Shown here: one piece after another, positions 27,337 through 37,892 of the stretch
How positions within the stretch are numbered: the first letter of the stretch is position 1
How the letters are laid out: the number at the start of each line of letters is the position of its first letter
Sequence record: SRR2962707_2322
DNA length: 48,359 bases
Strand: one strand, 5' to 3'
Translations under genes and position numbers: made by a program
Notes under the pieces: model-generated
Told to the model about the DNA's origin: nothing
The model's database searches: none
The model's input: only the letters and a program-made list of their open reading frames with translations

Positions 27337-29574
27337 TCAGTCGCGGGGCTCCACATCCATGGTGTCCACATTCTGGAAACCACGTGGCAGTTTGGCGCCA
27401 CGGCGCCCCCGCTCTCCCATGTAGTGCTCCAGATCGGCGGGTTTGAGTTTCAAATGACGCTTGCCGGAACGCACCACCAGGGCATCCTCGGGGCCAAGCA
27501 CCTGGATGTCCTGCACGAATTCCACCCGGTCAGCCACTCGCGCGGACGGAATGGAGACCATCTTGTTGCCCTTGCCACGCGCCATTTCCGGCAGATCCGC
27601 CGCCGGGAACACCAGCAGCCGGCCTTCGTTGGACACCACCGCGATCAGCGCCTGCTCGATCGCCGGCATCGGCTTCGGCGCCATCACCTTGGCGCCTTTG
27701 GGCACGGTCAGCACGGTCTTGCCGGCTTTCTTGTTGGCAAGCAGATCACCGTAACGGACCACGAAACCGTAGCCGGCGTCGGTGCTCATCAGGAAGGCGT
27801 CTTTTTCCTTGCCCATGATCGCCGCCACGAACTGGGCTCCGGAAGGCGGATTAACCCGCCCGGACAACGGCTCGCCCTGGCTGCGGGCGCTGGGCAGGGT
27901 ATGGGCCGGCAGCGAGTAACTGCGCCCGGTGGAATCAAGGAAGCACACCGGCTGGTTGGACTTGCCCTTGGCGGCGGCCAGGAAGCCGTCACCGGATTTA
28001 TAGCTGAGCCCTTCCGCGTCCACATCGTGGCCCTTGGCGGCACGCACCCAGCCTTTCTCGGACAACACCACGGTGACCGGGTCCGAGCCCAGCAGATCCG
28101 CTTCGTCCATGGCCCGGGCTTCGCCACGCTCCACCAGCGGGGAGCGGCGGTCGTCACCATAGGTGGCGATGTCTTCTTCCAGCTCCTTGGCCACCAGCTT
28201 CTTCATCTTGGCCATGGAACCGAGGGTCGCTTCCAGGTTGTCGCGCTCCTGGGACAGGTCGTCACGCTCGCCCTTGATCTTGAATTCTTCCAGCTTCGCC
28301 AAATGACGCAGCTTCAACTCCAGGATCGCTTCCGCCTGTTTGTCGGAAAGCCCGAAGCGCTCCATCAGCACCGGCTTGGGCGCGTCCTCGCGGCGAATGA
28401 TCTCGATCACTTCGTCGATATTGAGGAAGGCGATCAACAAACCTTCCAGGATGTGCAGCCGGTCGAGCACCTTGTCGAGTCGATGCTGCAGACGGCGGCG
28501 CACGGTGACCATGCGGAATTGCAGCCACTCGTTGAGAATCACGTCCAGGCTCTTCACCTGCGGCCGCCCGTCGATGCCGATCATGTTCAGATTGACCCGG
28601 TAGTTCTTCTCCAGATCGGTGGTGGCGAACAGGTGCGCCATCAACTGCTCCACGTCCACCCGGCTGGAGCGCGGCGTGATCACCAGGCGGGTGGGGTTCT
28701 CATGGTCGGACTCATCGCGCAGGTCACTGACCATGGGCAGTTTTTTCTTCTGCATCTGATCAGCGATCTGTTCCAGCACCTTGGCGCCGGAGACCTGATA
28801 AGGCAGCGCGGTGACCACGATATCCCCCTCTTCCCGGTCGTAAACCGCGCGCTGCTTGAGCGTTCCCCGGCCTTCCGAGTACATGCGGATGATGTCGTTG
28901 CGGGAGGTGATGATTTCCCCTTCGGTGGGGAAGTCCGGCCCTTGGATGTACTCCATCAGATCATCCAGCGAGGCACCGGGGTCCTTGAGCAGGTGGATAC
29001 AGGCCTGCGCCACTTCGCGCAGGTTATGCGGCGGGATATCGGTGCTCATACCCACGGCGATACCGGTGGTGCCGTTCAACAGCACATTCGGCAGACGCGC
29101 CGGCAGCAGTTTCGGCTCGTCCATGGTGCCGTCGAAGTTCGGCACCCATTCCACCGTGCCCTGGCCCAGTTCCGCCAGCAGCGTCTCGGCATAGGGCGCC
29201 AGCTTCGACTCGGTGTACCGCATGGCGGCGAACGATTTGGGGTCGTCCTGGCTGCCCCAGTTGCCCTGCCCGTCCACCAGCGGGTAGCGATAACTGAACG
29301 GCTGCGCCATCAACACCATGGCTTCGTAACAGGCGCTGTCGCCATGGGGGTGGTATTTACCCAGCACGTCGCCCACGGTACGGGCGGACTTTTTGTACTT
29401 GGCGGTGTTCTTCAGGCCCAGCTCGCTCATCGCATAGACGATGCGGCGCTGCACCGGTTTCAGGCCATCGCCGATGTGCGGCAGGGCCCGGTCCAGAATC
29501 ACGTACATGGAATAATCCAGATACGCTTTTTCTGTGTAGTCCCGGAGGGAAAAATTCTCGAAATCGTCGGCCAT
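27337..29574 (-). CDS. parC: DNA topoisomerase IV subunit A
   Basis: [38 protein letters not shown] and FAAMRYTE. Confidence 0.98.
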   Translation of the reverse strand: MADDFENFSLRDYTEKAYLDYSMYVILDRALPHIGDGLKPVQRRIVYAMSELGLKNTAKYKKSARTVGDVLGKYHPHGDSACYEAMVLMAQPFSYRYPLVDGQGNWGSQDDPKSFAAMRYTESKLAPYAETLLAELGQGTVEWVPNFDGTMDEPKLLPARLPNVLLNGTTGIAVGMSTDIPPHNLREVAQACIHLLKDPGASLDDLMEYIQGPDFPTEGEIITSRNDIIRMYSEGRGTLKQRAVYDREEGDIVVTALPYQVSGAKVLEQIADQMQKKKLPMVSDLRDESDHENPTRLVITPRSSRVDVEQLMAHLFATTDLEKNYRVNLNMIGIDGRPQVKSLDVILNEWLQFRMVTVRRRLQHRLDKVLDRLHILEGLLIAFLNIDEVIEIIRREDAPKPVLMERFGLSDKQAEAILELKLRHLAKLEEFKIKGERDDLSQERDNLEATLGSMAKMKKLVAKELEEDIATYGDDRRSPLVERGEARAMDEADLLGSDPVTVVLSEKGWVRAAKGHDVDAEGLSYKSGDGFLAAAKGKSNQPVCFLDSTGRSYSLPAHTLPSARSQGEPLSGRVNPPSGAQFVAAIMGKEKDAFLMSTDAGYGFVVRYGDLLANKKAGKTVLTVPKGAKVMAPKPMPAIEQALIAVVSNEGRLLVFPAADLPEMARGKGNKMVSIPSARVADRVEFVQDIQVLGPEDALVVRSGKRHLKLKPADLEHYMGERGRRGAKLPRGFQNVDTMDVEPRD

Positions 29575-29598
29575 AATGATTCGCTTCACTCATTGGCC

Positions 29599-29663
29599 GG
29601 ACGCCTGACGCCGGATGCCGGACGCTTTTGGGTTCAGCGTCAAGCGTCGGGCGTCAGGCGTCC
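29599..29663. repeat. Long hairpin built from tandem heptamers in the parE-parC spacer
   Basis: GACGCCT GACGCCG GATGCCG GACGCTT, followed by the inverse AGCGTCA AGCGTCG GGCGTCA GGCGTCC. Confidence 0.75.
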
Positions 29664-29668
29664 AGCGT

Positions 29669-31555
29669 TTATACTTCCGCCAGGTTGCCCTTCTCTTCCA
29701 GCCAGCTCTTGCGGTCGGACGCGCGTTTCTTGCTGAGCAGCATGTCCATGAGCTGATGGGTGTCGTCGTCGCTGGTCATGGTCAACCGCACCAGGCGGCG
29801 GGTATCCCGGGCCATGGTGGTTTCCCGCAACTGCATCGGGTTCATCTCACCGAGGCCCTTGAAGCGGGTGACACTGACCTTGCCGCGCTTCTTCTCGGCC
29901 TTGATGCGATCCAGCACGCCTTCCCGCTCTTCTTTATCCAGGGCGTAATAGACGTCCTTTCCGATGTCGATGCGATACAGCGGCGGCATCGCCACGAAAA
30001 CGTGCCCGTCGCGCACCAGCGCCGGGAAATGACGCAAAAACAGCGCGCACAGCAAGGTGGCGATATGCAGGCCATCGGAGTCGGCGTCGGCGAGAATGCA
30101 GATCTTGCCGTAACGCAGACCGGACAGGTCGTCGGCGCCCGGCTCGATGCCCAGGGCCACAGCGATATCGTGAATCTCCTGGCTGCCCAGCACTTCCGTC
30201 GGATCCACTTCCCAGGTGTTCAGGATTTTGCCGCGCAGCGGCATGATCGCCTGGTAGACACGATCCCGGGCCTGTTTTGCGGAACCGCCGGCGGAATCCC
30301 CCTCCACCAGGAAAATCTCGGTTTGGGCCGGGTCGTCGCTGGTGCAATCAGCCAGCTTGCCGGGCAGCGCCGGACCGCTGGTGACCTTCTTGCGGGTGAC
30401 CTTACGCGCCGCGCGCAGGCGCTTCTGGGCATTGCTGATACACAGCTCCGCCAGTTGCTCCGCCTCGGAGGTATGCTGATTGAGCCACAGCGAGAACGCG
30501 TCCTTGACCACCCCGGACACGAAACTGGCGGTTTGCCGGGAACTGAGCCGCTCCTTGGTCTGGCCGGCGAACTGCGGGTCCTGCATTTTCACGCTGAGCA
30601 CGTAGCAGGCGCGGTCCCAGATGTCCTCCGGGGTCAGTTTCACGCCACGAGGCAATAAATTACGGAATTCACAGAATTCGCGCAGCGCGTCCAGCAGACC
30701 GGAGCGCAGCCCGTTCACATGAGTACCGCCCTGGGGAGTGGGGATCAGGTTGACATAGGACTCAGTGATCAGCTCACCGCCTTCCGGCAGCCACAGCACC
30801 GCCCAGTCCACCGCTTCGGTTTCGCCTTTCATGGCGCCATCGAAGGGCTCCGCCGGCACCCTCTCCCAGCCCCGGGTCCCCTCCAGCAGATATTCCACCA
30901 GGCCATCACTGAACTGCCAGTTCTCGGTTTCCCCGGTGGCCTGGTTTTCCAGCGTCACCGACAGACCCGGGCACAGCACCGCCTTGGCGCGCAGCAGGTG
31001 ACGCAGACGCGCCACCGAGACCTTGGGCGAATCGAAATAGCTCTCGTCCGGCCAGAACCGCAGCAGCGTCCCGGTATTGCGTTTACCGACGGTATCGACC
31101 ACTTCCAGATCACTGGTCTTTTCGCCGCCGGCAAAGCTGATGTGATGCAACTGGCCGTCCCGTTTGACCAGGACCTCCAGCTTGCGGGACAACGCGTTCA
31201 CCACCGAAACCCCGACGCCGTGCAAACCACCGGAGAACTGGTAGTTCTTGTTGGAGAACTTGCCGCCGGCGTGCAGGGTGGAGAGGATCACTTCAACACC
31301 GGGCTTCTTCTGCACCGGGTGCAGGTCCACCGGCATGCCGCGGCCATCGTCTTCCACTTCCACGCCGCCGTCCTTGAGCAGGCTGACGCGGATACTGCGC
31401 GCATGCCCGGCCAGGGCTTCGTCGACGGAGTTGTCCACCACTTCCTGGATCAGGTGGTTGGGGCGGGTGGTGTCGGTGTACATGCCGGGACGCTTGCGCA
31501 CCGGCTCCAGGCCCGAAAGGACCTCGATATTCTCTGAGGTATAGGTGTTGGTCAT
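29669..31555 (-). CDS. parE: DNA topoisomerase IV subunit B
   Basis: GLEPVRKRPGMY, EVVDNSVDE, VEGDSAGGS, PLRGKILN and DADSDG. Confidence 0.98.
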   Translation of the reverse strand: MTNTYTSENIEVLSGLEPVRKRPGMYTDTTRPNHLIQEVVDNSVDEALAGHARSIRVSLLKDGGVEVEDDGRGMPVDLHPVQKKPGVEVILSTLHAGGKFSNKNYQFSGGLHGVGVSVVNALSRKLEVLVKRDGQLHHISFAGGEKTSDLEVVDTVGKRNTGTLLRFWPDESYFDSPKVSVARLRHLLRAKAVLCPGLSVTLENQATGETENWQFSDGLVEYLLEGTRGWERVPAEPFDGAMKGETEAVDWAVLWLPEGGELITESYVNLIPTPQGGTHVNGLRSGLLDALREFCEFRNLLPRGVKLTPEDIWDRACYVLSVKMQDPQFAGQTKERLSSRQTASFVSGVVKDAFSLWLNQHTSEAEQLAELCISNAQKRLRAARKVTRKKVTSGPALPGKLADCTSDDPAQTEIFLVEGDSAGGSAKQARDRVYQAIMPLRGKILNTWEVDPTEVLGSQEIHDIAVALGIEPGADDLSGLRYGKICILADADSDGLHIATLLCALFLRHFPALVRDGHVFVAMPPLYRIDIGKDVYYALDKEEREGVLDRIKAEKKRGKVSVTRFKGLGEMNPMQLRETTMARDTRRLVRLTMTSDDDTHQLMDMLLSKKRASDRKSWLEEKGNLAEV

Positions 31556-31616
31556 AGATCCCTGAAAACAGTCAACGGCCCGGCATTCGGACAGACCCGC
31601 CGGGCGGTACCGGACG

Positions 31617-32207
31617 TCACAGGCCGGACGTCAGGCGAATTCCACAAAAGCGCAACACTAACGGAATAAAGGCATCGAAGTCATCGAACCCGTGGCTGCC
31701 GCCCAATCCGCAGTAGCGGTGGCAGTCGGCATAGTATTCCCAGCCGTCGGTCCAATCCAGGGACTCATCCCCGGTTTGTGTCAGCAGCAGCAGGCGCTCG
31801 GGCTTGCTGACCTCCGGCACCTCGTAGCGCTTGAGTTCATCCAGCCAGGCCGGATCAAAGTCATAGGCCTGGCCGGTGTGATAGTTATGATTGATACCTG
31901 TGTATTTGTCCAGTAGTGCCCAGGGACGAACCGCCGGATTCACCAGCACCGCGGGCAAATCGTGGTGCTCCGCCAGCCAGGTGGCGTAGAAACCACCCAG
32001 GGACGACCCCAGCAGGGCCACCGGACCGGCACCGGCGATTTCCGCCTCCAGCGCGGCCATGGCCCGCTTGGGCTGCGGCTCCAGAGCCGGGATATGCAGA
32101 CGGTGCCCGGCGCCGGCGGCCTCGAACACTTGCCGCAGCAGCCCTGCTTTATGGGATTGCGGCGAGCTGTTGAAGCCGTGAATGTAGATCAATGAGGTTT
32201 CGGTCAT
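31617..32207 (-). CDS. yqiA: YqiA/YcfP family esterase
   Basis: YIHGFNSSPQSHK, GSSLGGFYA and NPAV; conserved position upstream of parE. Confidence 0.9.
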   Translation of the reverse strand: MTETSLIYIHGFNSSPQSHKAGLLRQVFEAAGAGHRLHIPALEPQPKRAMAALEAEIAGAGPVALLGSSLGGFYATWLAEHHDLPAVLVNPAVRPWALLDKYTGINHNYHTGQAYDFDPAWLDELKRYEVPEVSKPERLLLLTQTGDESLDWTDGWEYYADCHRYCGLGGSHGFDDFDAFIPLVLRFCGIRLTSGL

Positions 32208-32375
32208 GGTCTTCAGCCATTCATGATGTTTTACATCGGGCCGGCACGAACACCACCCGCCGAGCCGAACCAGGCTCAAGGCTCCCGAGTTTGCCAGTCA
32301 GCGTCAAGCACCCGGGGAACAACCGTGATATAACAAAAGCCACCGTCCCACGACGGCGTGACCAGGAGGGTCGCC

Positions 32376-34007
32376 ATGCAGGTTCTGCTGCATCTGATGG
32401 CCGCCGTGGCGTTGCTGGTGTGGGGCACGCATATCGTGCGCACCGGTGTGCTGCGGGTCTACGGAGCCCGTCTGCGCCATTGGCTGAGTCATTATCTGGA
32501 TCGTCGGCTGCTGGCCTTTGCCGCCGGCACGGGGGTCACCGCGCTGGTGCAAAGCAGCAACGCCACCGCGCTGCTGGTCAGTGGCTTTGTCGCCGACGGC
32601 CTGATGCCCCTCGCCACCGGTCTGGCAATTCTGCTTGGCGCCGATCTGGGCACCGCCCTGATGGCTCGCGTGCTCACGCTGGATCTGTCCTGGCTGTCCC
32701 CGCTGCTGCTGATCGTCGGCGTTCCGCTATTCCTGTCCCGCAAGCAAAGCAAGGCGGGGCAGCTGGCGCGGGTGGCGCTGGGATTGGGCCTGATGTTGCT
32801 GGCCCTGACGCTGATCATCGAGGCCATGGCGCCGGTGACCGAGGCTCGCGGCGTACGCGTTCTGTTCGAGTCTCTCACTGGTGATCTGCTGCTGGACGCG
32901 GTAGTCGGTGCGCTGTTCGCCATGTTGACCTATTCCAGCCTGGCGGCGGTCCTGCTCACCGCCACCCTGAGCGCGGCCGGTGTCCTGTCGCTGCCGGTGG
33001 CACTGTGTCTGGTGATGGGCGCCACCGTGGGCAGCGGCGTGCTGGCTTTCCTCAACAGCGGCTTTTACCACACCGCCGGACGCCGCGTGGCCCTGGGCAG
33101 CCTGCTGTTCAAACTGGCCGGGCTGATTCTGATGCTGCCCTTCGTCGATCTCACCGCGCGCTGGCTGGCCACCCTGTCCTTCGCTCCCCAGGATCTGGTG
33201 ATCGGCTTCTATCTGGCCTATAACGGCGGCCGCTGCCTGACCATGCTCCCGCTGACCGTGCCGATGGCCCGTCTGTGCCGGCTATTGCTGCCGGATCCGG
33301 CCACGCCCGAGCCGCGCCAGGGGCCTCGCCATCTGGACCCGCAGGCCCTTGATCAGCCGGCCCTGGCGCTGGCCAACGCCAGCCGCGAGGTGCTGGCCAT
33401 GGGAGACCTGGTGGAAACCATGCTGGACGAGTTAGGGAACGCCATGCGCCGCGAAACCACTCGGCCCAAGGCCCCGCCGGAACCGTTGGACGACCAACTG
33501 GACAGCCTGCACACCGCGATCAAGCTGTACCTGGCACGGCTTCCCCGGGAGCGGTTGAGCCCGGACAGCCAGCGGCGCTGGAGCCAGGTGCTGGAAATGA
33601 GCATCAGCCTGGAGCAGGCCGGAGATATGATCGAGCGTATGATGGAGAAAGTCCGTGATCGCAAGACCGCCCGGCGCCGCTCGTTTTCCCAAAGTGGTCT
33701 GCAGGAACTGCTGGAGTTACACGAACGGCTGCGGGCGAACCTGCGCCTGGGGCTGTCGGTGTTCCTCAACGACGATGAAGACAGCATCCGCCGCCTGCTG
33801 GAAGAAAAAAGCCGTTTTCAGGCACGCCAGCGGCAACTGGCCCACGCCCATCTGGAACGGCTGCGCCATCAGGTCGTGCAGAGTCTGGAAACCAGCTCTC
33901 TGCACCTGGATCTGCTGGGCGACATGAAACGGCTCAATTCCCTGTTCTGCGCCGCCACTCTGAAACCGGTGGACAGGGAGCGGCCAGCCGGAGAGTCGCG
34001 TTCGTAA
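32376..34007 (+). CDS. Na/Pi cotransporter family protein (YjbB-like, PhoU domains)
   Basis: LVQSSNAT, LGADLGTA, YSSLAAVL, C-terminal PhoU-like helices and ETSSLHLD; RBS AGGAGG. Confidence 0.9.
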   Translation: MQVLLHLMAAVALLVWGTHIVRTGVLRVYGARLRHWLSHYLDRRLLAFAAGTGVTALVQSSNATALLVSGFVADGLMPLATGLAILLGADLGTALMARVLTLDLSWLSPLLLIVGVPLFLSRKQSKAGQLARVALGLGLMLLALTLIIEAMAPVTEARGVRVLFESLTGDLLLDAVVGALFAMLTYSSLAAVLLTATLSAAGVLSLPVALCLVMGATVGSGVLAFLNSGFYHTAGRRVALGSLLFKLAGLILMLPFVDLTARWLATLSFAPQDLVIGFYLAYNGGRCLTMLPLTVPMARLCRLLLPDPATPEPRQGPRHLDPQALDQPALALANASREVLAMGDLVETMLDELGNAMRRETTRPKAPPEPLDDQLDSLHTAIKLYLARLPRERLSPDSQRRWSQVLEMSISLEQAGDMIERMMEKVRDRKTARRRSFSQSGLQELLELHERLRANLRLGLSVFLNDDEDSIRRLLEEKSRFQARQRQLAHAHLERLRHQVVQSLETSSLHLDLLGDMKRLNSLFCAATLKPVDRERPAGESRS

Positions 34008-34017
34008 TAAACAGACT

Positions 34018-34374
34018 CTAAAGGCTCAACACCGGCCGGAATCCGCCCCACATCATCCGCTTGCCATCGAAGGGCATGGTGGCCGGATCCATGCCGGCGA
34101 TGCGCGGATCTTTCATTACCTGCTCGTTGATGCGATCCCGCTCTTCCCGCGAGGCGTAGGTGATCCAGGAGAACACCACCACTTCTCCGGGCTCCAGTTT
34201 GACGCTCATGGGAAAAGAGGTGACTTCGCCGTCCGGCACGTCATCGGCCACGCATTCCACGTAATCGATGGCGCCGTATTCCTTCCACACCTCTCCGGCC
34301 TTGCGGGACATCTCCAGGTAAGCGTCCAGGTTCTCTTTCGGTAAAGGCAGTAAGAAACCGTCCACGTAGTTCAT
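34018..34374 (-). CDS. DUF1428 family protein (YbaA-like)
   Basis: MNYVDGFLLP...VVFSWI...MPFDGKRMMWGGF; RBS AGGAG. Confidence 0.92.
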   Translation of the reverse strand: MNYVDGFLLPLPKENLDAYLEMSRKAGEVWKEYGAIDYVECVADDVPDGEVTSFPMSVKLEPGEVVVFSWITYASREERDRINEQVMKDPRIAGMDPATMPFDGKRMMWGGFRPVLSL

Positions 34375-34449
34375 CGTTATCTCCTAAGAGCCTGTTTAAG
34401 GTCTTTCCTGATCTGGTCGAACCGGCGGGCGCCGGATCGACATTCACGG

Positions 34450-35013
34450 CTATCTCAAAACGATGATTTTCGATACCAGCTCGGCGGTGTTCTTCGCTTC
34501 CAGTTTCTTCATCAGGCGGCCACGGTGGACTTCCACCGTGCGATGGGAAATACCCAGCTTGCGGCCGATCTCCTTACAAGTGAGTCCATTGACGATATAG
34601 GCGGAAATCTGCCGTTCCCTGGGCGTCAGTTTCACCGTCGCCTGGATCGGGTTATCGATGCGTTCGAAGTGCCACACCATCAGCTCGAAGGGCGACTCCG
34701 GCGTCAACGTGTAGCCGTTGGCGCGGGCCCAGAACACCTCACCGGAACGGTGCTGCATGAAGCGTTCATCGGAGTAGGAACGGTTGCGCTGCAACCAGCT
34801 CAGACAGCGGTCGCCGATGGCCTGAAAATCCGCCATGGAGGGGTACAAGCGCAGGATCAGCTGGCCCAGCAATTGTTCCCGGGAATAACCGAACAAGGCG
34901 TTGAAGGCTTCATTGAAATCCAGCATGGCCCGCTGCCGGGTAATCACCTGGGGCGCCGGCGAAACACGGAAAGCCAGACGTTCCAGATCCTCGGTGGTGA
35001 CGGAATCGTGCAT
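34450..35013 (-). CDS. PAS domain LuxR-family transcriptional regulator
   Basis: PAS-like N-terminus (FNALFGYSREQL) and LTPRERQI...LGISHRTVEVHRGRLMKKL HTH; divergent from the thiolase cluster. Confidence 0.9.
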   Translation of the reverse strand: MHDSVTTEDLERLAFRVSPAPQVITRQRAMLDFNEAFNALFGYSREQLLGQLILRLYPSMADFQAIGDRCLSWLQRNRSYSDERFMQHRSGEVFWARANGYTLTPESPFELMVWHFERIDNPIQATVKLTPRERQISAYIVNGLTCKEIGRKLGISHRTVEVHRGRLMKKLEAKNTAELVSKIIVLR

Positions 35014-35177
35014 CGCGACACCTCTCGCAGTCAGGTCCCCGGAAGGCACTCTTAGTCACGTACGTAGTTGCACGAATAGCGGTACGGGACGGGAATGGAC
35101 CACATTGTAAATAGAACCGGCGGTCTGGCAAGTGCCGGTACCGCGAACCCCGCGAACAAAAACAACACAGGTGCCTC

Positions 35178-36362
35178 ATGACTCAGCAGGACCACTCCGT
35201 CTCCATCGTCGCCAGCGGTCATACCCGCTTCGGCCGCCTCAACGACGCCACCCTGGAAGACCTGATCGTCGAAGCCAGCCGCGAGGCGCTTGACGACGCC
35301 CGGGTGGACGCCAGCGACATCGATCAGATTTTCCTCGGCCATTTCAATTCCGGCATGGTCCCGGATGGCTTCCCCGCCTCGCTGGTATTGCAGGCGGATC
35401 CCGGACTGCGCTTCACTCCCGCCAGCCGCTGCGAAAACGCCTGCGCCTCCGGCGCCGCGGCGGTATTCGCCGGTATCAACGCGATCCGTTCCGGCGCCGC
35501 CGATCTGGTACTGGTGGTGGGCGCGGAGAAGATGACCGCCAACAGCACCGCCGATGTCACCCGCGCCCTGGCCGGCGCCGGCTATCAGAACGACCCGCGC
35601 GAAGCCGGGCTCAGTTTTCCGCAGGTATTCGGCGTCGCCGCCCGCGCCTACCAGGAGCGTTACGGCGATCCGCTGGCGGCCATGGCCCGCATCGCCGAGA
35701 AGAACCATGGCAACGCCATGGAAAACCCGCTGGCTCAGATGCACCGCCCGCTCAGCTTCGACGAGTGCAACACCGTCTCGGAGCAGAATCCGTTGATCGC
35801 CGATCCACTGCGGCTCACCGACTGCTCGCTGATCACCGACGGCGCCGCCGCCATCGTGCTCGCCTCGGCGGAACGGGCCCGGGACTTCCCCCGCCAGGTG
35901 GCGATCCGCTCGGCGGTGCAGGTGAACGATCTGCTGCCGATGAACAGCCGCGACTTCCTTGCCTTCGAGGGCCCGCGCCGGGCTTTGTCCCAGGCTTACC
36001 AGCAAGCCGGGGTGACCCTGGAGGATCTGCATTTCGCCGAGGTCCATGACTGCTTCACCATCGCTGAACTGTTGATCTACGAAGCCATGGGCCTCGCCCC
36101 TGCTGGGCAGGGTGCCCGGGCGCTGGAGGAGGGCACCGTGTTCGCCGACGGCCGCCTGCCGGTCAACCTGTCCGGGGGACTCAAGGCCAAGGGGCATCCG
36201 GTGGGCGCCACTGGCGTTTCCATGCACGCCCTGGCGTTCCGGCAACTCACCGGCCAGGCCGTCGGACGGGCCCGTGCTGGCGCCGAAACCGGCCTGATTT
36301 TCAACATGGGCGGCGCCGCGGTGGCCAATTACGCCTCGGTGCTGCAGGCGAAGAGGGCCTGA
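35178..36362 (+). CDS. Thiolase (SCP2-type, HDCF motif)
   Basis: ENACASG, DCSLITDGAAA, EVHDCF and GHPVGATG. Confidence 0.9.
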   Translation: MTQQDHSVSIVASGHTRFGRLNDATLEDLIVEASREALDDARVDASDIDQIFLGHFNSGMVPDGFPASLVLQADPGLRFTPASRCENACASGAAAVFAGINAIRSGAADLVLVVGAEKMTANSTADVTRALAGAGYQNDPREAGLSFPQVFGVAARAYQERYGDPLAAMARIAEKNHGNAMENPLAQMHRPLSFDECNTVSEQNPLIADPLRLTDCSLITDGAAAIVLASAERARDFPRQVAIRSAVQVNDLLPMNSRDFLAFEGPRRALSQAYQQAGVTLEDLHFAEVHDCFTIAELLIYEAMGLAPAGQGARALEEGTVFADGRLPVNLSGGLKAKGHPVGATGVSMHALAFRQLTGQAVGRARAGAETGLIFNMGGAAVANYASVLQAKRA

Positions 36363-36368
36363 TCACCG

Positions 36369-37892
36369 ATGAATATCGCAAACTGGCTGCACGATCAGGC
36401 CCGCTGCCACCCGCAACGCCCGGCACTGTTTCATGGCGCCGAGCAGGTGGCGGATTACCGCACCTTCGCCGACCGCGCCGCCGCTGTCGGCGGCCTGCTA
36501 CGGGAACACCACGGCGTAGTCCCTGGCGACCGGGTCGCGCTGTTCATGAAAAACGGCGTGGACTACCTGCCGCTGATGTACGGCATCTGGTGGAGCGGCG
36601 CCGTGGCGGTCCCCGTCAACGCCAAACTGCATGCCGCGGAAGCGGCCTGGATCGCTGGCAACGCGGAAAGCAAGCTGGTGATCACCGACGACGGCCGCAC
36701 TTTCCAGGACTCGCCCCTGGAGAGCGGCGTCGAGCTGGCCGCCAGCGCTCTGATTGCCCGCGACACGCCAGCGGCCCGCACTCAACCTCCACATCCACGC
36801 CGCGCCGATGACCTGGCCTGGCTGTTCTATACCTCCGGCACCACCGGCCGTTCCAAAGGCGTCATGCTCTCCCACGGCAACCTGGTCGCCATGGCGCTGT
36901 GCTACCCGGTGGATGTGGAGCCGGTAACCGGGGACGACGCCCTGCTCTACGCCGCGCCCATGTCCCACGGCGCCGGCCTGTATAACTTCATCTTCGTTCG
37001 CGCCGGCGCCCGCCATATCCTGCCGGTCTCGCGAGGCTTCGATGCCGCCGAGGTGCTGGACCTGGCCCGGCGACTCGACCGGGTATCACTGTTCGCGGCG
37101 CCGACCATGGTCAAGCGGATGGTGGCGGAAGCGCGCCGCCAGGGCGAGCACGGAGAAGGCCTGAAGAGCGTGGTCTACGGCGGCGCGCCGATGTACACCG
37201 CGGACATTCGCGAAGCTCTTTCCGTGCTCGGCCCGCGCTTCATCCAGATCTATGGCCAGGGCGAAAGTCCAATGACCATCACCGCCCTGGACCGGCGGCG
37301 TATCGCCGACCGCGACGCCCCGGACTGGGAACGCCACCTGGCCTCGGTGGGACGCGCGCAATCCTGTGTCGACGTGCAGGTGGTCGACGGGCAAATGCGC
37401 CCCCTTCCCCCGGGCGAGCCCGGTGAAGTGGTGGTACGCGGCCTCACCGTGATGGCGGGCTACTGGCGTAATGAAGACGCCAGCCGCGACACCCTGGTGG
37501 ACGGCTGGCTGCGCACCGGGGATATCGGCTTCCTCGATGAGCAAGGCTTTCTGACCCTCACCGACCGCTCCAAGGATGTGATCATCTCCGGTGGCACCAA
37601 CATCTATCCGCGCGAGGTGGAAGAAGTACTGGCGCAGCACCCGGCCATCAGCGAGGTATCGGTGATCGGTGAACGGGACCCGGAATGGGGTGAAATCGTG
37701 GTGGCCTTCGTGGTGGCCGACGATGTCCAGGCCGAGGACCTGAATCAATGGTTCAGCCAACGCATGGCCTCGTTCAAAAAACCCAAAAAATATTATTTTT
37801 GCGACGACCTGCCGAAAAACAGCTACGGGAAAATTTTGAAGACCGAGCTGAGAAAACAATTAGAGGTGCTGAGCGATGGAACAGTTTCTTGA
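36369..37892 (+). CDS. Acyl-CoA synthetase (AMP-binding)
   Basis: YTSGTTGRSKG, YGQGE, LRTGD and LPKNSYGK. Confidence 0.93.
   Translation: MNIANWLHDQARCHPQRPALFHGAEQVADYRTFADRAAAVGGLLREHHGVVPGDRVALFMKNGVDYLPLMYGIWWSGAVAVPVNAKLHAAEAAWIAGNAESKLVITDDGRTFQDSPLESGVELAASALIARDTPAARTQPPHPRRADDLAWLFYTSGTTGRSKGVMLSHGNLVAMALCYPVDVEPVTGDDALLYAAPMSHGAGLYNFIFVRAGARHILPVSRGFDAAEVLDLARRLDRVSLFAAPTMVKRMVAEARRQGEHGEGLKSVVYGGAPMYTADIREALSVLGPRFIQIYGQGESPMTITALDRRRIADRDAPDWERHLASVGRAQSCVDVQVVDGQMRPLPPGEPGEVVVRGLTVMAGYWRNEDASRDTLVDGWLRTGDIGFLDEQGFLTLTDRSKDVIISGGTNIYPREVEEVLAQHPAISEVSVIGERDPEWGEIVVAFVVADDVQAEDLNQWFSQRMASFKKPKKYYFCDDLPKNSYGKILKTELRKQLEVLSDGTVS

Noticed and set aside
27424-29736. 770-aa plus-strand ORF and similar long antisense ORFs (13607, 21575, 29615, 35052, 46419)
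   Set aside because: These are antisense shadows of GC-rich genes with no recognisable motifs.
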